DNA of 64,000 nt from Auanema rhodensis (lineage: Eukaryota > Animalia > Nematoda): NCBI GenBank assembly GCA_964057225.1, contig OZ059897.1, positions 16,058,001-16,122,000 of the forward strand, in the 5' to 3' direction. The position numbers and the translations under genes were made by a program. Under the pieces are notes generated by a model. That model was not told the DNA's origin. It worked only from the letters and a program-made list of their open reading frames with translations, and searched no databases. Position 1 is the first letter of the stretch; each line of letters begins with the position of its first letter. Below are positions 53,261 to 64,000 of the stretch, in pieces.

Positions 53261-56200
53261 CGTTTTTCTTTTTCCCTATCTATCTCCTTTTCGCGGCCTC
53301 TCATTCTCACACTTTTCTTATTTTCCCTCGTAGTACTACTTTGTCTATATGTTTCTTTTTCCTCTTCAATTCATTTTATATATGTCACTCATCTTCTGTA
53401 TCTATATCCATCTACTTTTCTATTTGTAGCGAAAAGTATTTAGTAAACAGAAAATTATCTGAAACTTTAGTTTTCTTATAGTTTTATTTTAATCTTTCCA
53501 CATTTCATTTACGTTTGTTTGTACGAACAAAAAAACAATTTGTTTCCAATAATCAACAGAATCGTCTAACAACGATTAAATTTATCAATTTATTTTCTTT
53601 GTTTTCTTTGCTATAGTATCTTAAATTTTGCTTTTATTTCTTTTAAAATGAGCTAAAATCAATTCAGCTTGTAGTTTTTTTCGCATATGTATACACATGT
53701 ATGTACATGTTTATACAATTTTTCTTTTCGAAAAACTTCATTGGGCTTGTCATTTGATTTCTAAAAGATGAATTTAATAACCGTCTATTTTATTTGTTAA
53801 AGACATTTTACTTTCACCAACGGCGTTAAATCTATTTATTGAATTTAGTAACAAAAAAAGGACATGATGTTACTTTGTTTCACATGCGTATTCGATTTCA
53901 AGAAGCCTATAATTTGGTTTCCTGTTCGGATGAAACCTCACTTTAGCTTTGTGTTTCTACATTTTTCTAAATAAAGATCGTAGTATTGCTTTTTGTATTT
54001 TCAATGCATCATAAGATATATCATTTCTTCCTTTTTTTTAAAAAGAAATTGCTCTTTATTTAAACGAACGTACCGAGCAATTATTGTTAAGTGCGTGATC
54101 TCCACCATATAATCAACTATTTTTTCTTTCCTTTTGTTTTTTTTTAAAATAATGTGAATTAGTATTCTATATCAGTTATTCACTCACAAAACTACAATAG
54201 AATAATTTTCCTACTCAATACGTACTATAAATTATTCTTTTATTTCGATATTTTATACAAAAAAACAGCTTTTCATCTTTTGTTTCAAAAATACTTTTTT
54301 TTGAATAAAACGATTTAATTCTAATAAAATAAAAAAAAACAATGAGCTTTACGAATTTTTTCAAATCTCAAACTTTCGTTCATATATTACGATCATATTA
54401 TATTTTGATTCTTTTAAGAACAAATTCATTGTCAATTCATCTTAGTTTTATGAATTAAATCAAAAATTCCTGAATGTACTATCAGCTTCTGCGCAAACGC
54501 TTTGTTCCATTTGCAGACTATAAGGTCAGTTCGTCCAACAGCACAAATGCTCTATTTGCTCATTATAATTGATTGTTTCAATTTTTGAATTCATTTGTTT
54601 CGTTTTTTTTCAAATCCTGAATTTCTACATTCCAAAAGAAAGAACAACTTATATACGACTTTATATGTGAAAATTAACCCTTTGACTGACGAAATCTTGT
54701 CAGCTTGACACACGTGAAAGTTTTGAAGTTCAATAGTCTGTTTAGTTTTAAGCCTGAAGTATTTAATATTTTTCTTAATTATAATATAAAATGTTAGTTT
54801 GGGGATATTATATATATTTTTTTGCTCTTGAATACAATTGAAATATTATAGAATTACATGTTTTGAAATTACGAAGGCTTTTTCATTTTGGTTAAGCAGT
54901 ATTCTTCAGATCAAATGTATTCAATATTAGCATAGAATATAATATCCAATTCGTCACCTTCAATTATTTTTTTCATCTATGAAATAGCTTTTCATCAAAT
55001 TCTTATCTTTTTACTTTTTTAATTGCAAAAAAACGTCTGATGAATGTGGAGACTTGTATTCGATGTTATCCCTCTCACTATTCTCCTTCGTGCTTCATCT
55101 TCTGCAATACTCGTCGTGCTCCTCTTAATACTCCATCTTTCTCTTAATTCTCTTTCTCGCCAGCAATCTGTGCTTTTTCCTTACTTTTATTCTCTTTCAT
55201 TTTGCCCATCAGTACCACAGCATCACAATAATATTATAAATCATGAAAACAGATGGTAACTACGCATTGTTCTACGACATCAATTCATCTTCAAATCAAG
55301 ATTGTCTGTTTCCCCTAGCTTGTAAGAACTCAATGATTAGCTAACAGATTTGAACAGAGTTGTACTTCCCTTATGTAATTTGCAATAGGTCAATGAACTT
55401 CTAGTTCTACGAACATTGTCACATAGCAAATATCTATTTACTAGAAAAATTTGCGTATATTGTGTACGCATTTCACATTTCTTTTTAATATGATCAGAAG
55501 AATTTTTGGAATGTGAAAATTTGTCTGAATTTCCTTGTTCAAAATCGCAAAGCTATTCGCTTTTGTGCATTTTCTCTGTTTTTTAATATAGTCTTCAACG
55601 TCACTTCATGCTTCTTTTTGTCATTTTTTTTCGAAAAGAAGGGGCATTTACAATATTATTCTTAATTATGTTGTTCTTTGCGTGAGGTAATAAAATCTCC
55701 TTTTGAGGATCATTTTACTTTTATTTTCTAGGTTCTAGGTATACATATTACCTCATTTTATTTATATAATATATCCCAAAGGTCTTTTTATGTACAGAAT
55801 AATCTTTATTATTTCTTAAAAAAAACATTTTCAGCATCACTAGACAGAATCAATATACTAATGTAAGGTTTAGCTTGTGGAGCTGCATACTATATCGTAT
55901 TTTGTTGATTTCTTTGTCTTCTTTGATTATAATGTTAGCCAAAATAGAAAGAAAACATTAACAACATCTTACAGCATTCACTGAAATTATTTTTGAATTT
56001 CGAAAATTAGCTTCGTACGATGAAGCGTTATAAGTTGTTCAATGCATTAAGCTAATAAGCTTAATCAACTTAGCTGCTTTTTATGCAATCTTTTCATTTA
56101 TTCTTTCTTTCTTCTTCTTTTTAACTATTTGTTCAAATTTTATATTATTTTTGAAAGTGACTTTATCAAAAACGGTAAACAATTATATGGTTTATTCTAA

Positions 56201-57894
56201 GTACTTTTATAACAGAACTTAAAAATAAATTTGTTTATTCACTATTAAATTGTATTAAATTTAGTTTTTTTGAAGAATGAAAAGGAATGATATGAAAGAT
56301 TTTTAATGTATGTATATGAGACAGTAAATTTAAACATTCACCATTTTATTTCCTTTAATTGAACTTTGTAACAACTTCATTTATTTTTGTTACAGAAAAA
56401 CAAACGTTTATCTCTTTATTCATTACATTTATGTTTTATTATCTGAGATGAACTTATATTGACTAGTATATATTCGTATACTATATAGAATAAAAATAAA
56501 ATTTAAATATTTCTAAGATAGACTCTGTATTCATTTGTTTTTTTTATCTGTAATTTAAGTATATAAGTAGTAATTATACTTTTTAGATTCTTCATATATT
56601 TTATTGCAGTGTGAAAGAGAGATTGAATTCTAAAGAGGAAAGAGAGAGAGAGAGGAGGAGGAGAGAGAGAGAAAAGATGAATATAACGTGATAGGTGAGA
56701 ACGATGGTTGAAAAGATGCTAAGAGAAAGAACTCATTTCGTTTCTCTTCTTTATTTCAATTCAACCATTTCATTTCTATAGCTGTCGTCCCTCTTGAGAT
56801 AAGCCTTATAGTCTTGGGCCTTTATTATGAATATTCTAGTCTGGTAAAGGTTTCCAATATTCTTTGTTTTCTCAAGGAATTTTTTCCCATATTTTTATGA
56901 CTCTGCTTATAATTCTACTCGAAATAAATTCTTTTTGTTCCAGTGTGTCGTTAGAATCTTTTTTTTTTTTAAGTTTTTTCACTATCTTTGAAAAAGCTGA
57001 AAATGAAAGTAAAGAAAGACAGCCAAGTAAAACAATTCTTCTTTTAGTCTTATTTTCCACATTTCGTTGTTAAAAAAATATAATTGGTTTCATGTAGAAC
57101 TTTTTAATTTCCATCATCATTAACTCTTTGAAAGTGATTAATGGGCGAAATGATTCCGAGTATTTCTTTAATTTTGTGAATTTTTTATTTATTATTTGTT
57201 CATATCTTACTTTATATGCTATTTTTCAAACTTTTAAACACTTTGTTTTTGATTAAAAACAAATTCTGAACCAGAATTAAATGATATACCCCACATTAAA
57301 ATTATCTTGTTTATTATACATCATCAACACTTCTCTAGCTTTTCCTGCAATATTCAATAGTTCGAATGTTATTCGTCGCTTTTACTTCTTTTTTCTACTT
57401 TTCAAAGCTTATTTTTGTTGTTATTGAACTGAAAAGAGCTAGATTAAAAGAGCTGGATGGGCTCCATAAGCTGAACACTGAAGTTTGTTTAAATATGTTT
57501 GGTGAAGTTTCACTATTTGCCTTTAAGTTTTACATTTTTTTTATACATAACCTATCTCAATGACATTTGAAATTCGTTATTTTATTTTAAATTTATTAAA
57601 GAATTATCATTTGTTTTATAGCAGAAGTTACTACCGTAACTATGTCTTTATAAAATATTTTATTCACATTTTAAATCGAACTTTAACATATGGTACTTTA
57701 AATCTTATTTATAGCCTTTAAAAAAATTGTTCACTTCTTTTAAAACTACAAATCCCTTCAGAATTGTAAACAGGTACTTCAAAAGAATGATACTTAAGTA
57801 TCATCAAATGATCCTCTTAATCATATATATTATAGTTACACATGATATATCAATTGTGCTTTTCTTTTTGTTTTTGCCTTTCTCTTTACAAAAA

Positions 57895-58024
57895 CCGCTG
57901 TCTCAGTGGGTGCTATCCTTCTGATCGAAAGATCGGCCCACACCGTTGTGGACACACACTTCCGACCATCAGCACACATCTCGGCCGATTTCAGGACCCC
58001 TGCACGATTCCTCATCGACAACTG
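57895..58024 (-). ncRNA. 130-nt box C/D guide RNA (snoRNA/scaRNA-like); predicted U6 snRNA 2'-O-methylation guide (SNORD94-like)
   Basis: Terminal stem CAGTTGTC/GACAGCGG. Box C TCGATGA (58018-58012), D' CTGA (57994-57991), internal stem ATCGGCC/GGCCGAT, C' TCGATCA (57928-57922), D CTGA (57906-57903). TTTTT follows immediately 3'. The D' guide GTGCAGGGGTC pairs with U6 GGCCCCUGCGC. Confidence 0.8.
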
Positions 58025-58116
58025 TATAAACACATAGCCACGTGTGGCCTCTCTGTGGAATTGAACCTCAGAGTAGTGAGATCAAATAGATTGCCAACCA
58101 CTATACCAGATGCTAC
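58025..58116 (-). promoter_or_regulatory. tRNA-like Pol III internal promoter/leader (A box + B box) upstream of the C/D RNA
   Basis: A box TGGTATAGTGG (58108-58098). B box GGTTCAATTCC (58067-58057) sits in a T-arm-like hairpin CTCTGAGG/CCACAGAG. There is no intact acceptor or anticodon arm. Confidence 0.78.
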
Positions 58117-59621
58117 TGCATGATACCTTAAAATTTTTAGGTGAAGGTTATATCTTGAACATTTAAAAAACATAATTAATGTATTTTATAAATTATATTT
58201 ACGAGATGTGCAACGAGTAATTAGATTCATCTAAACAGAGAGAAAAATAATTTTTTTTCGTTACGAATGTTGTTAACTAATACAAAAATAATTTTGAAAT
58301 CTAGTTTTTCTTCTCGTATCTCATGCACAAATCAAATAAGTTTGAAATTATTGACATAACTTTACTAACAAAATGTAATAGTGATCTTTATGTTTTCTTT
58401 TAAATGATCAGTTAAAAAAAAGTATAAATTTAAAATTTTTTTATAAATTAGTAAGATTATAAATATTTTTATAGATTTCTTAAAGTACTTTCCACAAATC
58501 AAATATTTAATTTGTTTTTCACTGTAGGTATTACATATAGAATTTTATTAGTTTATTTCCATAAAGTTTAAAATTTTAATAAATTAAAATTATTGAAAAA
58601 AACTACTAAATTCTCTATTTATACGAATTTTAAATTAAATACAATCTGTTTCTATAACATTTAAAATGAAAAAGAAATTCAATTTACATCTTCTTGACTT
58701 TGAATAGCTTATTACCTTTTAAATGTTGTCCTTCATGAATGTTCTTTGTATGTTATTTGCCATTCAATTTGATCACAATTTTACACAATTTTTCAATGTT
58801 TTCAAGTTAAATGTATACATGTATGTAACTCTAAATGGCGTTGTTACTTGTTTTTTCTTTGTTGTTACTAGGTAGTTTTGAATTTTGTTATCGTGATTGA
58901 TATACCTTCATTTTCTTTTTCTTATGTTTAACTCTCAAATCTTAATATTTTATCTTAACTAGATCATTTCTTCTCAAAATATTTACTTTTTTGATGTTAT
59001 AGTAATATCGTTTTCTTAGAAAGTCAAATATTATATTGAAGTCAACTCAATTTCTTGTTAAATTATATAATTTCCAATTTTTAAAACAAATAAACTTATC
59101 TTATTTACATATTTTATTTATTTAAACCTTGTGTAGTACTTTATACCCAAAGCAAGTCTGGATCCCAACTTTTAGCTCTGCTTGCTATCTTAATCAGTAT
59201 TCAGTGAGATGACTTAGTTATTCTTTTATTCAACGTTATCTTATTTTTTGTCTATTCATAATTATTTCCGCATATATTCTATAGAAATTCTTTTTTAGTT
59301 ATTAAAATTTATTTTTTAAATTCTTTTTCTCATGAATTAATATTTTTCTTCTATATTTTCTTTAAATCTTCATGTTTTTCTAGAAATCTTTTTCTAGAAA
59401 TCGTCTTTTACATAAAACAATTGAGGTTATAAGACTTATGAATGATTTTCTTATAAACTCTGCCTCAATTTATTCTTCAATTGCTTCTATTTCCATCCAA
59501 TCTTGTCCACATTTCCTTGTCCATAGAATGTCTTTAATGATATACATATGTATATGATTCATACTTCTATATTTTTTTTTTCAATCTTAAACTTTTTTAT
59601 TTTATTTTTTTAATTTAAGAT

Positions 59622-60580
59622 ATGGAATATACACATGTGAATGCATCTTTTGTTCAATCATTTCCTCAACTTGTTAATTATCATATTATCAATAGTTGCC
59701 TTGGAACATTATGTTTTATTGTTAATATATGTTTAATGATTATTTTTCTATCAACACCTACCTTTAGGAGTAGATATGTTGTAAGTTTATACTGTATTTA
59801 TTTATTTATATAAATAATTTGTAGAATTTCTTTTTATTAACAAATTTTCTTTTAAACGAACAAGATATCGAAAAAAAATACTTTTGAACAAAGATTCAAG
59901 TTTTATTTCAGCTCCTAATTCAACTTTGTACTGCTGATCTCATTAATAGCGTTGCTATTATTCTTACTGGTTTAAACCGAATTGCATTATATTCATCAGC
60001 TTACCATACTCAAAGTATTCCAGTACGAACATCGTTTCAATGTTCCCAGCAAGGATGGTTAATATTGAAACTAATTGGTTAGACTGCAGTTATGAAAATT
60101 TTAAAAACTCAGAATGTTTTAGGCGATTTACTAATTCCGATTTCAACCTTTTGGATGGGTTTTGAAAGGTTTACAGCTATACATTTTCCTTTATTTTATC
60201 GTTTTCGTGTAGATGGTAAAGCTGTTAAGTAAGTAGTATTAATTTAATCTATTTTAATGTATAATAATCTATTTTCAGATATTGTATAATACCTGGTCTT
60301 TCTGCTACATTCGTTACTTTATCTATAGCTGGTGGACTTTATATATCATATACTAACAATCATATAACTGGATTTTATTGTGGAAGAAAAGCTGCTTTTG
60401 GAGATGGTTTGAAAACAATTTTTTTAAATATTTAGCAATTTTAATTTACATAGGTTATGGAGCTTTCATCTATATCTCAACTATCACATTCAATTGTTTA
60501 GCCACATTATTAAATGCTGCTTCATATATAAAAGCTACAAAAATGGCTGCAACTCAGTAAGATTTATAACTAGATAATTA

Positions 60581-60662
<82 letters not shown>

Positions 60663-61116
60663 AATTATGGGTAAATTCAAATTATTTCCAGATCTCGAAT
60701 GCAGAAACAAGTTGCTATTATTCGTTATTATCTATGTATATCTATACTATCAACTTTGCTTGTTTCTTTACCAAACTCGATAGCTTTATTCCAATTATTT
60801 ATTAAAACAGTAAATCTCGTTGTTGAAAGCTAAAATATTTTTTTTCTAATTTAGGTTAGTGATTCTATATCGAAGCCAGCTTATTGGATGCAAACTATCA
60901 ATTCGGGGATACATTTCTTCGTTTATTTGGCCTTGAACAAAGATTTCCGTGGCAGAACCAAGAGAATGTTCAGTAATCGAAATACCGAAGAATCCATTAG
61001 TATGCAACTTACATTCTCAATATTTTCTATTTATTTATTTTTCAGAAGAAAAACGACTACCTTGTAAAGATGCACTACGCACTGAATGTCAAAAAGAGCC
61101 AACTCCATCAACTTAA
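59622..61116 (+). CDS. Class A-like serpentine GPCR (srsx-type nematode chemoreceptor), multi-exon
   Basis: Seven hydrophobic segments. TM1 N (FIVNICL), TM2 LCTADL, TM3 GFERFTAIHFPLFY, ECL2 CGRKAAFG, TM6 LLVSLPN and TM7 INSGIHFFVYLALNKDFR. Intact frame to TAA at 61114-61116. Confidence 0.9.
60582..60658. repeat. (TA)n microsatellite inside a GPCR intron
   Basis: Perfect TA run of ~77 bp. Confidence 0.95.
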
Positions 61117-62569
61117 CTATTCTTTATGAATAGAATTTAAATTATGAATATTAAGAACAAATTAGCTCATCAAGTTCTATACGGGTTTTAACCGGTTTTA
61201 CAGTTGAATTCAAATAAAGAATTTTCATTTGTGAAGAATTTTTAATCAGATACATCCTTTTCTTTATTTTTTTTATAAAAAAAAATAAATTTGAGAATAG
61301 GGACACATAGCACTACAGGTTCAAACTGATCCCCATTCACTTGTCTCGATCGCTTAAGTTTTTTTGTGGCTCCTATCCCGTTTTAGTCTAACGATATGCC
61401 GGCATATCGCGAATTTACATGAATTTTCATTGTTATCAGATTAAAGTTATAAAAAATATTAACAATGAGATTATAAAGAAAGGGAAAAGATAAATTTCAG
61501 TTCATTTTCAATTAATATAGATATTGCTATAATGAAAATATTTTTTTCAATCAAATGTAAAATCAAAGTATATTTTTTATAAACAAATATATATATTAAT
61601 TAACAAGACTATATTTTATTATTAATAATATATAAAGAATATATTTTACATCTTATAAATAAACTTAATAGTTATATGATATCAGCTTCTAAGAAATATA
61701 TATTATATTCAAATACTTCTCAAACAAATTACTGTGAAAACTACAAGATTTATTAAGAAATTTCTAAAATTTTAAATTAAAATAATATCATATCCTTCGT
61801 ATTTCTTCATAGAAAACAGCGTCATATCCATAATAAAAAAAATTGTCTTTGCTATAGCCAGGTGCTTGTAGACACCGATGACGAATAGCCAAACTCTCTC
61901 GGATTGAAGGCGAAAGCCAGCTAACTAAAGCAGACTATTCGAGTTTATAGTTTCTTGAAAAACATCGGATACGACCTGCTATACATCGGAGAGGAGATGA
62001 CATGTATAGCTAAACGATGAAGATGAAGTCCATGACAACGTTATCTTCAAGATGACAATCACCACATCCATGACATCTATGAATGTTACAGTTTGGTCAA
62101 AAAGCTGCGATTCTGTTGCTGACTGATGTTTCTTTATTCAATGGACATCGGCGAACAGAAAGAATGAAAGAATAAAAGAATAAGACAATTCCTGCGATAT
62201 TTTTTGCTGCTTGAAGTGTTTTTTCTGCCCGTTTGATAGGTTGGGTGGATAAACGACGAGAACTAAGATTCATTCGGATTATTCAGTTCAATTGTACAGG
62301 AATCCTGACATCGACTGTTCATTATTATCTTTGTCGCTTCTCTTAATCGCCAGATTTAAGACTCAACTGTAATCACAATGCTCTGTGAATTCAATATGAG
62401 TTTTAAGAAACGCAAACCTTATATGAAAATGTTCTCTTGTTATTTATGTTTTTCTTTTGTTGAAATAAGATTGTTTTATATCTATTTCTTTATAATTCTT
62501 TGAATTTACTATCATTAACTTAGAATTTGTAATTCATGCTTTAATTTTGAATCTTTCATTATTTCAGTA

Positions 62570-64000
62570 ATGAACAGGCAAACGCTTATCTGCCTTACAA
62601 CCTTTCTCTGTATTTCTTCCACAGTTTTAGCTGGAGTAAGTATAAACATAATTTTTATTATAAATTCATTCATAACTATTATATTTAAATATATGAAAAC
62701 ATTCAGAGTTCACATATTGTTGGTCCACCTTCAGCTAGACCTTCATCAGAAGAATTAGATGAACTTAATCGTATTCTGGCTTTAAAGGTTGGATAAGTTT
62801 GTATATGTGTTCATTTATTTTTATGTATTCAAGGGAAAACCTCCTCTGGTTATTCCTGATGTTCCCATGGATTTTGACAATCCATTGAAATCCATGCTCC
62901 CTATGCGACCTTCTTTTTCTCCATCACACTCTTCTGAAACGTTTACAACATCTATGACAAATAAAGATATCAAACAATCAACAACAGAACCTTCTCCATT
63001 CGCTGAGGCTGATTCTTTAGATACACAAGTACCAGATTTAATGGAATTTGATCCAATCAGTGAGTCATTTATATATGTTTCCACTAAATCTTTTTAATGA
63101 ATCTTTAGTTTAAAAAATATAATTTTAACTAAACCACAACTTCCCTAACTTCATATTATTTAGAGATTGCTAACTATGTGATAATATTTATCACCTATTT
63201 AAGTCTTTTTTGAATTAGCTAAAGTTTTAAAACAATCGAAGTTAGTTTAAGTTAAAACTAAAGAAGTAAAGTGACTCCTATTTCTCATAATGTTTGCTGC
63301 AATATCATTTGTCACAAATACAAGCCGGTTTTTTAGAAACGTTAGCTTGGTCATCAGTTTTAAGAATCATTTCCTAATCAAGCTTAATTTTAGATTAGAA
63401 GCAGTTGTCGGAATTATTAACTATATTTCTTTTAGAAGAAATGTCGCAAAAGGACAAAGAGAAATTCTTTAAAAATCTGGGACTAGAAAGTTTAGCCATC
63501 CGAGAATTTGGAACTAAAACACTTCAGTTGAACGAGCATTCCGATATACATAATCTCGGTATGAAATTGTTAACAATTTTGATTATTGAAAGAAGTAAAT
63601 ACAGATGGACTGAATCCCGAGCTACCAGCTTTTGCTTTTAGTTCCGATGATACTAATGATGTTGAAAGCATTGATAAGGTTTGTGAACATGTTTTTCAAC
63701 GATTAAAATGTTTGCAAACTTTTGCAGCCTGTTGATGTAATTTCTAAAATTACTTCAAACTTGATTAAAGAAAAAACACACATGAACCTAAAGATGAAAG
63801 ACGGCGAGTTCGTCGAATACGAATATGTTGATGAAGATTATGAAAATGTTGAAAATCCAGCAAATAAAACATCAACAACAACCCAAATTTCAACAAACTC
63901 ATCCACAACATCTACTGTTGTCACTCCTTCTTCAACAACAACTTTTTCTCCTGCTAAGGCCATATCTTCAACTCACTCAGCGTTGCAAACTTCTACAAAT
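62570..64000 (+). CDS. Secreted low-complexity (S/T/P- and acid-rich, mucin-like) protein; 3' end outside the window
   Basis: TTTCAG lies before the ATG. Signal peptide MNRQTLICLTTFLCISSTVLAG, then phase-consistent exons SSHIVGPPSARPSSEELDELNRILALK, GKPPLVIPDVP..., EEMSQKDKEKFF..., DGLNPELP..., EYEYVDEDY...TSTTTQISTNSSTTST. Confidence 0.8.

Noticed and set aside
53011-53481. Long ORFs with poly(SL) tracts (also 4742-4987, 6482-6670, 23642-24087)
   Set aside because: They are translations of CT/AG microsatellites, which lack stop codons.
57895-58116. U3 snoRNA, RNase P/MRP RNA or a real tRNA as the identity of the Pol III unit
   Set aside because: No U3 box A/A', no P4 consensus of RNase P/MRP, and the leader lacks acceptor and anticodon stems.
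57842-58123. 93-aa plus-strand ORF with CGxxL, superficially like an insulin B chain
   Set aside because: No A-chain cysteine pattern and a poor signal peptide. The GC-rich sequence is fully explained by the minus-strand Pol III/C-D RNA unit.
61183-61203. GGTTTTAACCGGTTTTACAG resembles an SL2 leader
   Set aside because: No GT donor at position 23 and no SL RNA stems or proper Sm site. It lies in the GPCR 3' UTR just before AATAAA.
1-64000. Transposase/RT ORFs, CRISPR arrays, rRNA, telomeric arrays
   Set aside because: None seen. The window is ordinary intron-rich nematode DNA whose only repeats are microsatellites and short duplications.

Overview
AT-rich eukaryotic DNA with short (mostly ~45-60 nt) GT-AG introns and TTTCAG-type acceptors just upstream of several start codons. 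This indicates a trans-splicing nematode, probably a rhabditid. The supplied ORF track is mostly exon fragments, so I spliced 13 protein-coding genes by hand: a GH31 alpha-glucosidase (runs off the left edge), a 127-aa single-pass membrane protein, L-fucose kinase, an MFS sugar porter, a non-alpha nicotinic receptor subunit, an orphan type I membrane protein, a small peptide precursor, RIC1, globin GLB-12, a secreted Ly6/three-finger-like protein, a Gly/Tyr-rich secreted peptide, a TEX264 homologue and a serpentine GPCR. A fourteenth, a secreted mucin-like protein, runs off the right edge. There are two RNA genes. One is tRNA-Gln(CUG), antisense in a fucokinase intron. The other, and the most striking element, is a minus-strand Pol III unit at 57890-58116: a tRNA-like A/B-box leader followed by a 130-nt box C/D RNA. 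That RNA carries a predicted U6 snRNA methylation guide and a scaRNA-type stem of six consecutive G.U wobble pairs. All homology calls come from recalled motifs; no database search was run.
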